Source of the DNA: Haliotis rubra
Taxonomy: Eukaryota
Reading direction: 5' to 3'
Assembly (NCBI RefSeq): GCF_003918875.1
Contig: NW_025766181.1
Span: forward strand, 434,001 to 498,000
Length of the DNA stretch: 64,000 nt
Positions 38,901-51,266 of the stretch are shown one piece after another. Every line of letters begins with the position of its first letter. The stretch's first letter is position 1. The position numbers were made by a program, and so were the translations under genes. The notes beneath the pieces were generated by a model. The model had not been told where the DNA came from and searched no databases. It saw nothing but the letters and a program-made list of their open reading frames with translations.

Positions 38901-41900
38901 TGCCATCAATCCCAGTGTTTTTTGTTGCCTCTGTAGAATGTGTTGGAATATCAGATACGCCGAAATGTGTATGCATACCTGCAGTTGCAGAGTTTATTGT
39001 TGCAAATATGGGATGTGATGGGATATTAGACGAACCTGATTTTGAATTTGTACTTGCAGTTTCAATATTTGTTGCGTATGTGAGGTGTGATGAAGTTGGA
39101 GAAGAATCAGTGCTCGAATGTGTTCGATTAAAATCAGTGTTTGTTGGCGGGTGAGTGGGATGATTTGGAATATTAGCAGACCCTGGATTTGAATGTGCAC
39201 TAGTAATACCAGTGTTTGCAGTCAGATGTGCAGTGTGAATATTAGGAGGACCAGATGTACTTGATGCCTCCATTGGTTGCAAGGGATTTGTTTCGTATTG
39301 CACTGGACGCAGTGATGAAGTGGATTCGCTTACATTTGAAGTGGATATTTCTTTCGTAATAGAGTCGGTTTTGTTGTTTGTAGATATGGATGGTACTGCA
39401 TCTAGTTGCATATTCCCTACTGCCTTAGGCGAAGCATTGCTTGTCAGATATGCATATAGTTTTCCTTGATTAATTGTTTTGTCGATGCAGATTTCTGTCA
39501 CACATTTCGAAGCTTTAAGTGTTTGATTAGAATTTTGTTTTGTTTGATTGGAATGGTGTTCCTGCAGGACGTGGTTGGAGGTATTACCGGTTGTGTCTTC
39601 CGGTGACTGAGAATAATTAGTGTCCTGGATAAGTCCAGACTGTGGTTGTTGGTGGAATGTATTGTGGATGGAACTGTCTGGTGCTAGTGGTATTCCATGT
39701 CTTGGGTTTAGTGATTCGTTGTTTGTCAAATTTGAATGTGTTGGGATACCAGAAGCCCCGGAATTTGTATGTATACCTGCAGTTGCAGGGTTTGTGGCTG
39801 CGTATGTGGGATGTGATGAGATATCTAACGAACTTGTTTTGGAATTTGTACTAACTGTTCCAATATCTGTTGTAACAACAGAAGACCATGTATTTGAATT
39901 TGTGCTTTCAGGTGCAGGATTTGTTGGCCCGCTTGGAGGTTGAGTTGGCAGAATATAAAACCCTGATGTTGAAAGTATGCCATTATTGCCAATATTAGTC
40001 GGGGGGTATGTAGGATGTATTGGAAGATTAGAAGCCTCTGAGTTTAAATGTGTACTACCTCGTAAAGGGTCTGCTGTTGTGTATGTTGGATGAGTCAGAA
40101 GAACAGACGAACCTGTGTTTGAATAAATACTATCAGTTGCAGGATGTGTTAGAGGAATAGACGAATGTGTACTAGCTGTTCCAGTGTTGGTTGGTGTGTG
40201 CATTGGATGAGACAGAAAAAAAGAAGAATCTGTGTTTGGATAAATACTATTCGTTGCCTGATTTGTTGGCGGGTATGTTGGATGAATAGGAGACCCTGTG
40301 TTTGAACGTGTACTACCTTTGTCAACGCTCGTTGGCGAGTACTTAGGTTGTGTTTGAATATTAGAAAACACTGTGCTTGATTGTTTACTAGCAGTGGTTG
40401 TGATTGCTGGTGCGTATGTAGAAAGTGATGGAATATCGGACGAACCTGTTTTTGAATTTTCACTATTTCCAGGAAATGTAAGAATCGAAGACCTTGTGTT
40501 TGAATAAATAGTATCAGTTCCAATGTTTGCTGCCGTGTTTGTGGGATGTATTGGATCAATAGGAGAACCCAATCTGGAATGCGTACTAACGCTTTCAGTC
40601 TGTGTTGTCAGGTATGGATAATGTGCTGGATTATCAGAGGGACTCGTGTTGGAATGAGTTCTTTCAGATTGTGTTGTTAGGTTTATATGAGGCACTGGAG
40701 TATTGAATAAGCGAGTGTTCGATTGTGTACTGACACTCTGTGTTGAAATATCAGAAGAATGTGCATTGTCAGTTCCAGTGTTCGTTGGCACGTGTGGAGC
40801 ATGTGCCAGATCATTATTAGAACCGGTGTTTAATTGTTTTGGCGTTTGAATATTACGTCCAGTGTTTAAAAGTGGATATGTTTCAGACGAATCAGTGTTA
40901 GATGTTAATATATCTATCAGATGCATATTTTTAGTGTTGTGTGTAACGGATTTCAATGATGATGTGAGGGAAGTGGCTACATCGTTCGTAATAGCGGCGG
41001 TACTGGATTTTGTTCCTATGGATGTTAGTGCATCTACTTGCCTATTCCCTATAGCCTTAGGTGAAGCATTGCTTGTCATATATGTCCTGAGTTTAGTTTC
41101 ACTTATATTCTTTTCTATGCAGGTTTGTGTCACACATTTCAGTGTTTGATGTGAAGTACTACCTTTTGTGTCTGATGATGCTGGAGGTGTATTTGTGTTC
41201 TGGGCACGTCCAGAGTGTGTTTGAGTATAGGGTTCTAAATTATCAGGTGATGCTGATATGCCATGAGTTCTCGGGGTAATGTCCAACCAAGGATGCCCAG
41301 GTGCAGCTCTGTCTACAGATGCAGGGGTTATACCAGTGGGTATTTCTTTGAGTGTATCCTGGCTACGAGATGATTTACGACTTTGATTGGCGCCAACACC
41401 ATGTACTACACTGTGTGAGGAAGAGGACTGACGTATGCCATCTCCTTGGGCTAATGGGATCACAAAAGGAAGTACCTGGAGGTCAGTCTGAAGTGCCTCT
41501 CGGGATGAACTAATGCTGTTACCAGCTGCTTTGTACGAAACGGCATTAATGTTGGTATTTGTACTTGACGATGGTGGCGCTTCTAATTGTAAACTCCCTA
41601 TAGCCTTTGGGGAAGGATTTTTTGTCAAATATTCTTTGATCTTCTTTGAACTGATGTGCTTGTCTATGCAGATTACAGTAGCGCACTTGGGAGTTGGGAT
41701 TGTTCCAGTTGGGATTTCTTTTGCTGATTTGGAATTGTTTTCCAAACTGAATTTGCTCGATTTTCTAGCCGCAGGGCCTAAATGCACTTGAATGTTATTT
41801 ATACTTTGGGATAAAAAGTTGGATGAAGTGTCAACTCCTTCTCTGATGACAGTGCTACCCTCAGAAACAGACTGCTTATTATCAAAACTAGAATGAATTT

Positions 41901-44900
41901 CCCCTGAGTTCTGAGTGTCCTCTGACTGACTGACGGCAGGCCACTGTGAAGGACACTACCCCTTGTTACAGCATCTTGTGACGAGTAAAATGCACTGCTT
42001 TTGGTGAACTGAGGAACATCATGTGGTGTTGGTTCAAGAGTATTATGGTATACAGGTAAATGGATATCGATTGTATTTGCTTGTGACACTGATTGACTTT
42101 GTAACGTTGCTGCTAAGGCTTTAGTGTTGCTATTTAAAGCTGATTGTTTTGAATTAGACTGTATTTTAGGTAGTGATACTGGGGATGTTGTGGCAGTGTG
42201 CGTGGCGGTGTCGTTTTGTAAGTTTTGAATTTCGGAATTGATAGTGTTTGAAATGTTGGAAGTGAACGTATTGATAAAGGATTTGTTGTTCGATACTGCT
42301 TGAGGAAAGGTGGAATTTGTGTTGCGTCCTATAGTGTGTGTGGTGGACAGGGACGATGTAGGGAGTACATGCGTAATTTTGGGTGATTTACCTTGAGGAA
42401 AGCTGATAAACTCTTGATGTCCAGTTGCAAAGGCAGGAACGGTAGTCTCTGAGATAACACTTGGAAGACTTGAGTCATACATTTGATTTGACTTCTGCTG
42501 TTGTCCTGCTCCAAACTCTATGGGTTGAAACACATTGAAACTGTTCAGGGGTGTTCGTGTCCTGCTTTGAATGGAGGGTGTCTTCTGAAATGACAAGGAC
42601 GTATCTGATCTGACGGCCATCCTGGCTCGCTCTGTTGCAGATGCATTTTGGTCTTCGGTGATTCTATTACTTATCCCCTTGGGAAAAGTGTCCTTTGTTT
42701 TCGATCCTGGAACTGCGGCTATTCTTATATCGATTGGATCGTTTCCAACAGATGTATCGGCTTTCTGTGCACTAGAAATAGAGCTTGGTTTGTGATTAGT
42801 ACCAGTTTCAGTTTTAGTGACGGGGTTGATCTCAAAAGTAGTTTGGACTGAGGCTCCACGGGCCCGGGTAGAGGAGGGTAATACTGGATACGCATCTACT
42901 TCATTCAATACAGGAAGGCGGGGATTTGGGCGGTTAGAAGGAGTGGATACAGTGTTTGCATTTGTTTTGTTAATATAAAATCCACTACGGGTATTTTCTA
43001 TGATTGTCATTTTGGAACTTTGCTTAGTAGCATTAAAAGTGTTAGTATTTTCCAGGACATGGTTTCTCTGCGGTACTTGGGTGGGGTTAACGTTACCTTG
43101 GCCGGCCAAAGGATCATAATGTGTGTTTGTTGATTGTGAATCCTGGCTTCTACTGTGCAATAACAAACTCAGAAATTCCTTCTCGAGACTTGTGCCCTCA
43201 CTACCCCTTTGTAGTATGTTACGCGTTCCATCAGAGCCTTGTTCCGTGACCGCTTCTTTTTCCAAATGATTATTGCTGGCAAGTCCGGAGTCCTGTGCAA
43301 GGAACACAGGCGGTATTGTGTAGGTTGACTCGCCTATTGCCACTGTTGCAATATTTGGTCTCGTCGACTCAATATCTGCGTGCTGACTACTTGTAACTGA
43401 TAGTCCTTGACCTCCCAACAAATCAAGGTTACCATACAGGTTACCATTTGATGACATATCTTGTATTATAGATTGTCCAGCTGGTGATACCAGTCCTTGG
43501 TTTGACACAATGTCCGAAGCGCCCTGCTGGGTGCGAATTTCTTGTACGCCTAGATGCCCATTAAAGCTATCGTGTCCTTGTCCTGTTAAACCAGACAGCA
43601 CAGTGTTATGAAAAGAGTCTCGTGTTTCACCAGTTGCACCGTTCATTCCAAATCCGCCAGCGACAATTGGCATTAGGCCTTGCAAATCTACCTTTTTTGA
43701 AGATTGTCTTTCTACTGTGCCCAACTGATCAGCACCACCTGCAGCCACAGGACTGACTCCTAAATATTGATTCAGGTTAGTTTGGTCATTAATAAATTGA
43801 GGGATTCCCACTAACATGGAACTGGCTTCTGATGTATGCCCGACAGACTTTTCAGCTAATTCTTCTTTGATCTTATTTCTGCTGTTTGCAGTATCTTGTT
43901 GCACTGATCTATATGTAGATATTCCGTTGTTTGTTGTGGTCTGTGTCAGGTCATGTAAAACTTGTGTTCCAGGAGAGGTAGTCATATCCTTAGCCCGATA
44001 TTGAGTATTGGATGATGTGACTCCTTGATGTAATGTCTCCTCCCGTGTTAATTGCAGTCCATGAGATGTTGGAACGTCTACAGTTCTGTACTCTCCGCTT
44101 GCTAATGTGACTACTTGACTAGGTGTTAGTTGCTGCCCAGCAGATCCTGACAAGTCTACAGCTCCGTATTGTCCACTTGTTGTTGCCACATGATTAGAGG
44201 TAGATTTTTTTCCACCAGATTTTCGAATGTCGACAATCCTGTACTGTTCACTTGTAGTGCCAGCTTCACCAGGTGCCAATTGCTGCCCAGCAGATGTTGC
44301 CAAGTCTACAGTTCCATGCTGACCACTTGTTGATGTGGGGCCTTGAGTAGATGAAGGTTGGTGTCCAGCTGGAGCTGGAAAGTCCAGAGGTCCGTACTGG
44401 CCATTGATTGAAGCAGCTTGGTTAGATATAGAATGCTGTCCTCCAGATGCGGAAAAGTCTCGAGTTGTGTACTGTCCGCTTGTTGAGGCAGCTTCATTAG
44501 ATGCTGATAGTTGTCCACCAGATGTCAACAAGACTCCATTTGTGTACTGTCCACTTGTTGAGGCAGCTTGATTAGACATAGATTGTTGTCCACCAGATGT
44601 TGACAAGTCTACAGCTCCGTACTGTCCACTATTTGAGGCAACTTGGTTAGATGCCGATTGTTGTCCTTCAGATGTAAACCAGTCTCCATTTGTGTACTGT
44701 CCACTTGTTGAAGCAGCTTGATTAGACATAGATTGTTGTCCACCAAATGTTGACAAGTCTCCTGTTGTGTACTGTCCGCTTGTTGAGGCATCTTGATTAG
44801 ATATAGATTGTTGTCCACCAGATACGGACAAATCTCCAGTTGTGTACTGTCCGATTGTTGAGGCAACTTGATTAGACATAGATTGTTGTCCACCAGGTGT

Positions 44901-47900
44901 TGACAAGCCTCCAGTTGTGTACTGTCCGCTTGTTGAGGCAGCTTGATTAGACATAGATTGTTGTCCACCAGGTGTTGACAAGCCTCCAGTTGTGTACTGT
45001 CCACTTGTTGAGGCAGCTTGATAAGACATAGATTCCAGTCCACCAGGTGTTGACAAGCCTCCAGTTGTGTACTGTCCGCTTGTTGAAGCATCTTGATTAG
45101 ATATAGATTGTTGTCCACCAGATACGGACAAATCCCCAGATGTGTACTGTCCGCTTGTTGAGGCAGCTTGATTAGACATAGATAGTTGTCCACCAAATGT
45201 CGACAAGTCTCCTGTTGTGTACTGTCCACTTGTTGTGGCAGCTTGATTAGACATAGATGGTTGTCCACCAAATGTTGACAAGTCTCCAGTTGTGTACTGT
45301 CCAATTGTTGAGGCAGCTTGATTAGACATAGATTGTTGTCCACCAGGTGTTGACAAGCCTCCAGTTGCGTACTGTCCGCTTGTTGAGGCAACTTGATTAG
45401 ATGTAGATGGTTGTCCACCAAATGTCGACAAGTCTCCAGTTGTGTACTGTCCGCTTGTTGAGGCAGCTTGATTAGACATAGATTGTTGTCCACCAGGTGT
45501 TGACAAGCCTCCAGTTGTGTACTGTCCACTTGTTGAGGCAGCTTGATAAGACATAGATTCCAGTCCACCAGGTGTTGACAAGCCTCCAGTTGTGTACTGT
45601 CCGCTTGTTGAGGCAGCTTGATTAGATATAGATGGTTGTCCACCAAATGTTGACAAGTCTCCAGTTGTGTACTGTCCACTTGTTGAGGCAGCTTGATTAG
45701 ACATAGATTGTTGTCCACCAGGTGTTGACAAGCCTCCAGTTGTGTACTGTCCACTTGTTGAGGCAGCTTGATTAGACATAGATTGTTGTCCACCAGGTGT
45801 TGACAAGCCTCCAGTTGTGTACTGTCTGCTTGTTGAGGCAGCTTGATTAGACATAGATTGTTGTCCACCAGGTGTTGACAAGCCTCCAGTTGTGTACTGT
45901 CCACTTGTTGAGGCAGCTTGATTAGATGTAGATTGTTGTCCACCAAATGTTGAGAAGTCTCCAGTTGTGTACTGTCCGCTTGTTGAGGCAGCTTGATTAG
46001 ATATAGATTGTTGTCCACCAGATGCGGACAAGTCCCCAGATGTGTACTGTCCGCTTGTTGAGGCAGCTTGATTAGATATAGATTGTTGTCCACCAAATGT
46101 TGACAAGTCCCCAGTTGTGTACTGTCCGCTTGTTGAGGCAGCTTGATTAGATATAGATTGTTGTCCACCAGATGTTGACAAGCCTCCAGTTGTGTACTGT
46201 CCACTTGTTGAGGCAGCTTGATTAGACATAGATTGTTGTCCACCAGGTGTTGACAAGCCTCCGGTTGTGTACTGTCCACTTGTTGAGGCAGCTTGATTAG
46301 ACATATTAGATTGTTGTCCACCAGATGTCGACAAATCTCCAGTTGTGTACTGTCCACTTGTTGAAGCAACTTGATTAGACATAGGTTGTTGTCCACCAAA
46401 TATCGACAAGTCTCCAGTTGTGTACTGTCCGCTTGTTGAAGCAACTTTATTAGACATAGATTGTTGTCCACCAGATGTTGACAAGTCTCCAGTTGTGTAC
46501 TGTCCGCTTGTTGAGGCAACTTGATTAGACATAGATTGTTGTCCACCAAATGTCGACAAGTCTCCAGTTGTGTACTGTCCACTTGTTGAAGCAACTTGAT
46601 TAGATGATTGTTGTCCGATTGTTGTGTACTTCAGATGTATAACCAGTCTCCAAGTTTGTGTACTGTCCACTTGTTGAGGCAGCTTGATTAGATAGATTGT
46701 TGTCCACCAGATTGTTGACAAGCCTCCACTGTCAGATTGATTAGACGATTGACAAATCTCCAGTTGTGTACTGTCCACTTGTTGAGGCAGCTTGATTAGA
46801 TATAGATTGTTGTCCACCAGATGCGGACAAGTCCCCAGATGTGTACTGTCCGCTTGTTGAGGCAGCTTGATTAGATATAGATTGTTGTCCACCAAATGTT
46901 GACAAGTCCTCCAGTTGTGTACTGTCCGCTTGTTGAGGCAGCTTGATTAGACATAGATTGTTGTCCACCAGGTGTTGACAAGCCTCCGGTTGTGTACTGT
47001 CCGCTTGTTGAGGCAGCTTGATTAGACATAGATTGTCGTCGACCAGATACGGACAAATCTCCGGTTGTGTACTGTCCAATTGTTGAGGCAGCTTGGTTAG
47101 ACATAGATTGTTGTCCACCAAATGTTGAGAAGTCTCCAGTTGTGTACTGTCCGCTTGTTGAGGCAACTTGATTAGACATAGGTTGTTGTTGTCCACCAGA
47201 TACGGATAAATCTCCTGTTGTGTACTGTCCGCTTGTTGAGGCAGCTTGATTAGATATAGATTGTTGTCCACCAGATGCGGACAAGTCCCCAGATGTGTAC
47301 TGTCCGCTTGTTGAGGCAACTTGATTAGACATAGGTTGTTGTCCACCAAATGTCGACAAGTCTCCAGTTGTGTACTGTCCGCTTGTTGAGGCAACTTGAT
47401 TAGACATAGGTTGTTGTCCACCAAATGTCGACAAGTCTCCAGTTGTGTACTGTCCGCTTGTTGAGGCAACTTGATTAGACATAGGTTGTTGTCCACCAAA
47501 TGTCGACAAGTCTCCAGTTGTGTACTGTCCGCTTGTTGAGACAACTTGATTAGACATAGGTTGTTGTCCACCAAATGTCGACAAGTCTCCAGTTGTGTAC
47601 TGTCCGCTTGTTGAGACAACTTGATTAGACATAGGTTGTTGTCCACCAAATATCGACAAATCTCCAGTTGTGTACTGTCCACTTGTTGAGGAAACTTTAT
47701 TAGATATAGATTGTTGTCCACCAGATGTTGACAAGTCTACAGCTCCGTACTGTCCACTTGTTGAGGCAACTTGGTTAGATGCCGATTGCTGTCCTTCAGA
47801 TGTAAACCAGTCTCCATTTGTGTACTGTCCACTTGTTGAGGCAGCTTGATTAGACATAGATTGTTGTCCACCAGATACGGACAAATCTCCAGTTGTGTAC

Positions 47901-50900
47901 TGTCCGCTTGTTGAGGCAGCTTGATTAGATATAGATTGTTGTCCACCAGATGCGGACAAGTCCCCAGATGTGTACTGTCCGCTTGTTGAGGCAGCTTCAT
48001 TAGACATAGATTGTTGTCCACCAAATGTCGACAAGTCTCCAGTTGTGTACTGTCCGCTTGTTGAGGCAGCTTGATTAGATATAGATTGTTGTCCACCAGA
48101 TGTCGACAAGTCTCCAGTTGTGTACTGTCCGCTTGTTGAGGCAGCTTGATTAGACATAGATTGTTGTCCACCAGATGTTGACAAGCCTCCGGTTGTGTAC
48201 TGTCCACTTGTTGAGGCAGCTTGATTAGACATAGATTGTCGTCGACCAGATACGGACAAATCTCCGGTTGTGTACTGTCCACTTGTTGAGGCAACTTGGT
48301 TAGACATAGGTTGTTGTCCACCAAATATCGACAAATCTCCAGTTGTGTACTGTCCGCTTGTTGAGGCAACTTTATTAGATATAGATTGTTGTCCACCAGA
48401 TGTTGACAAGTCTACAGCTCCGTACTGTCCACTATTTGAGGCAACTTGGTTAGATGCCGATTGTTGTCCTTCAGATGTAAACCAGTCTCCATTTGTGTAC
48501 TGTCCACTTGTTGAGGCAGCTTGATTAGACATAGATTGTTGTCCACCAGATACGGACAAATCTCCAGATGTGTACTGTCCGCTTGTTGAGGCAGCTTGAT
48601 TAGATATAGATTGTTGTCCACCAGATGCGGACAAGTCTCCAGATGTGTACTGTCCGCTTGTTGAGGCAGCTTGATTAGACATAGATCGTTGTCCACCAAA
48701 TGTCGACAAGTCTCCAGTTGTGTACTGTCCGCTTGTTGAGGCAACTTGATTAGACATAGGTTGTTGTCCACCAAATGTCGACAAGTCTCCAGTTGTGTAC
48801 TGTCCGCTTGTTGAGGCAACTTGATTAGACATAGGTTGTTGTCCACCAAATGTCGACAAGTCTCCAGTTGTGTACTGTCCGCTTGTTGAGACAACTTGAT
48901 TAGACATAGATTGTTGTCCACCAAATGTCGACAAGTCACCAGTTGTGTACTGTCCACTTGTTGGGGCAATTTGATTAGACATAGGTTGTTGTCCACCAAA
49001 TGTCGACAAATCTCCAGTTGTGTACTGTCCGCTTGTTGAGGCAACTTTATTAGATATAGATTGTTGTCCACCAGATGTTGACAAGTCTACAGCTCCGTAC
49101 TGTCCACTATTTGAGGCAACTTGGTTAGATGCCGATTGTTGTCCTTCAGATGTAAACCAGTCTCCATTTGTGTACTGTCCACTTGTTGAGGCAGCTTGAT
49201 TAGACATAGATTGTTGTCCACCAGATACGGACAAATCTCCAGTTGTGTACTGTCCGCTTGTTGAGGCAGCTTGATTAGATATAGATTGTTGTCCACCAGA
49301 TGCGGACAAGTCCCCAGATGTGTACTGTCCGCTTGTTGAGGCAGCTTGATTAGCATTGATTAGACATAGATGTGTACTGTCCGCTTGTTGAGGCAGCTTG
49401 ATTAGATATAGATTGTTGTTCACCAGATGTTGACAAGTCTCAGATGTGTACTGTTTGAGGCAACTTGGTTAGATGCCGATTGTTGATGCCAGCTCCATTT
49501 GATTGTTGAAGCAGATTAGACATAGATTGTTGTCCACCAGGTGTTGACAAGCCCCCAGATGTGTACTGTCCGCTTGCTGAGGCAGCTTGATTAGACATAG
49601 ATTGTTGTCCACCCGATGTTGACAAGCCTCCAGCCTGTGATTGTTCTACACCAAGTCCCATGTTCTGATATCTACTAGCAGATACATCAACTTGATTCCC
49701 ACTCGCTGCCCTGTCTTGCATTGTATTCTTCACATCACTGGATGTTGCTCCCTGAACTGATGGCACATCTTTGGATGTGCCCAGTGTGTTAATGCCTTGC
49801 ATATCCTTTGAACTAGTTTTGATAATATTTTTGCCAACAACAGCTCCAACAGGCTGTGCATCCAGTCTTCCGTTGAAGTTAACATCTTGTAAGACATTTC
49901 CTTGGTAGGATGATGTGGTCTGTGCTTCAGTGTTCGCTGCTGCTACTGGCTGTGCATCTCTATTAGGTGTTGTAACTGGTTTCATGACATTGACTGAGTC
50001 AACTATGCCAGAAGTATACTGATGGTCAGTTCCTGGTCCTTGACGAGAATATATTTTTTGTGTAGGTTGATACGTTTGTTGGTCGTATACTGAGCCACTT
50101 ACTTCCTTTGGGGTAGAATCAAAGACAACGTTTTGCGTAGATTCGTAGAGATTTGGTTCGGAAGATATTAGATTAGGTTCGTTGTGGGTTTGTCCGACCT
50201 GTGAAGCCATGGAGTGAACAACTCCTTGCATATCCTTTGGCTGAGTAATGCTGTGTTGTGTTGAGCCTTGTAGAACGGCTTTGGTTCCTGAACGTCCGTA
50301 GTGTTCAGAGTTATATTGTGGTTTGGATGATATATGGTCTGGTCGTGTTGATGACGTTCCTCGTTGAGATTGAACGTTTGACTGGACCAGTAGCCCTTGT
50401 TCCGATCCGTGATTTGCCATCTGCTGCTTTTGATAACTAGTTCCACGAGGGTTATTCATTGGTAAACCAAGTGTCAGTGAGCCCGGTTCTCTTGCGTTGG
50501 CAGTGGTGCGCCTTTGCGAGCCTATATTTGTTTGTGTGTTACCTCTGATGTCTTGATATTGATAAGATGAACCAGAATTCATTACGTCTGGATGTCTAGT
50601 ACCTTGTGTTTTGTCGTATGAGCTCACAACGCCTTCGACTTGCATATTCACTGGGATTCCATCAACTAAAGCAACTCTGGGAGAGTTCACTCCAACATCA
50701 ACTGGGTTTATTATAAAACCGACTGGCATGTCCAGACTGCCTGTGACATGTCTCCTGGGAATACGAATCTGTGTGTCGAATGAAAATTTGGGTGTCGACA
50801 GAAGTGGTGTCGCTACTTGCACCTGAACTCTGTTATAATTAGCTGGCCGAGTTGAACCCGTGTTGGATGCTACACCGAAGCTCCCTCTTGGGTAATCGAA

Positions 50901-50932
50901 ACCCCCTTTGGCTGTTGTTCTCACTGGACCAA
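32997..50932 (-). CDS. Giant secreted repetitive (mucin-like or structural) protein, ~17.9-kb exon (~5,980 aa) with apparent frameshifts
   Basis: Acceptor tgttctttttcag (phase 1); overlapping or abutting ORFs 49440-51002, 46871-49423, 41799-46895, 35902-41787, 35655-35942, 32956-35277 with continuous composition; donor CAG|GTTTGT (phase 1); frame breaks near 49340-49500, 46600-46910, 41915-41957, 35890-35925 and ~35700. Confidence 0.85.
35680..36310 (-). repeat. Coding tandem repeat, 75-bp/25-aa unit (NTGTAGIPSNSGSSTTLEHSTHALG), ~8 copies
   Basis: Period 75 (35943 vs 36018). Confidence 0.9.
36689..37295 (-). repeat. Coding tandem repeat, 201-bp/67-aa unit x3, near-perfect
   Basis: GAAGAACCAGTGTTTGAATATG at 36689, 36890, 37091. 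Confidence 0.92.
37990..39705 (-). repeat. Intra-exonic duplication (~37990-38470 vs ~39225-39705, offset 1236)
   Basis: QSGLIQDTNYSQSPEDT...KASKCVTEICIDKTINQGKLYAYLTSNASPK occurs twice. Confidence 0.9.
44080..49640 (-). repeat. Coding tandem repeat, 75-bp/25-aa unit (STSGQYTTGDLSTFGGQQSMSNQAA), ~70 copies
   Basis: Read directly; degenerate towards 44080; 675-bp higher-order period. Confidence 0.97.
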
Positions 50933-51108
50933 CTGAAAAAGAACACATACCAGTAAGGCACAGGAACAGATACATATATACGTAGGGGCACGGTCGCGTC
51001 ATTAGAACAGCCCTGAGCGAGGATTGTTAATTTAGGTCCGACACGGTCGCTTTTCTGTTTGTTTTCTGCCTTAAATTAATCGTCGGTAAGTATTAAATCT
51101 GGCATCTC

Positions 51109-51266
51109 AGAAAAGAAATACAGTTCGCTCTATCCCCATGCATAGTTTAATAACGTACAGTTTTGCCCTAAACGCAAACAACATCGTACTTTAACTATAA
51201 TAGTTCCGGTCAAAAGTGTACTTTATTACACAGTACATAGTGGTGGAGCGAACAGTATTTCTTTTC
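51109..51266. mobile_element. Short MITE-like imperfect palindrome
   Basis: AGAAAAGAAATACAGTTCGCTC ... GAGCGAACAGTATTTCTTTTCT. Confidence 0.7.

Noticed and set aside
41830-41900. Hydrophobic FILVLIISSLFLRVAL as a transmembrane anchor
   Set aside because: It lies in the out-of-frame tail after the ~41915-41957 frameshift
46600-49500. Frameshifts in the 75-bp array as evidence of pseudogenisation or programmed frameshifting
   Set aside because: They coincide with garbled partial units, and similar garbling occurs in the non-coding minisatellites, which suggests consensus errors; this cannot be proven without reads
32997-50932. Identification as VERL, lustrin or a canonical mucin
   Set aside because: No ZP-N repeats, no Cys-rich lustrin modules and no vWD/CK/SEA domains visible; no gene symbol assigned
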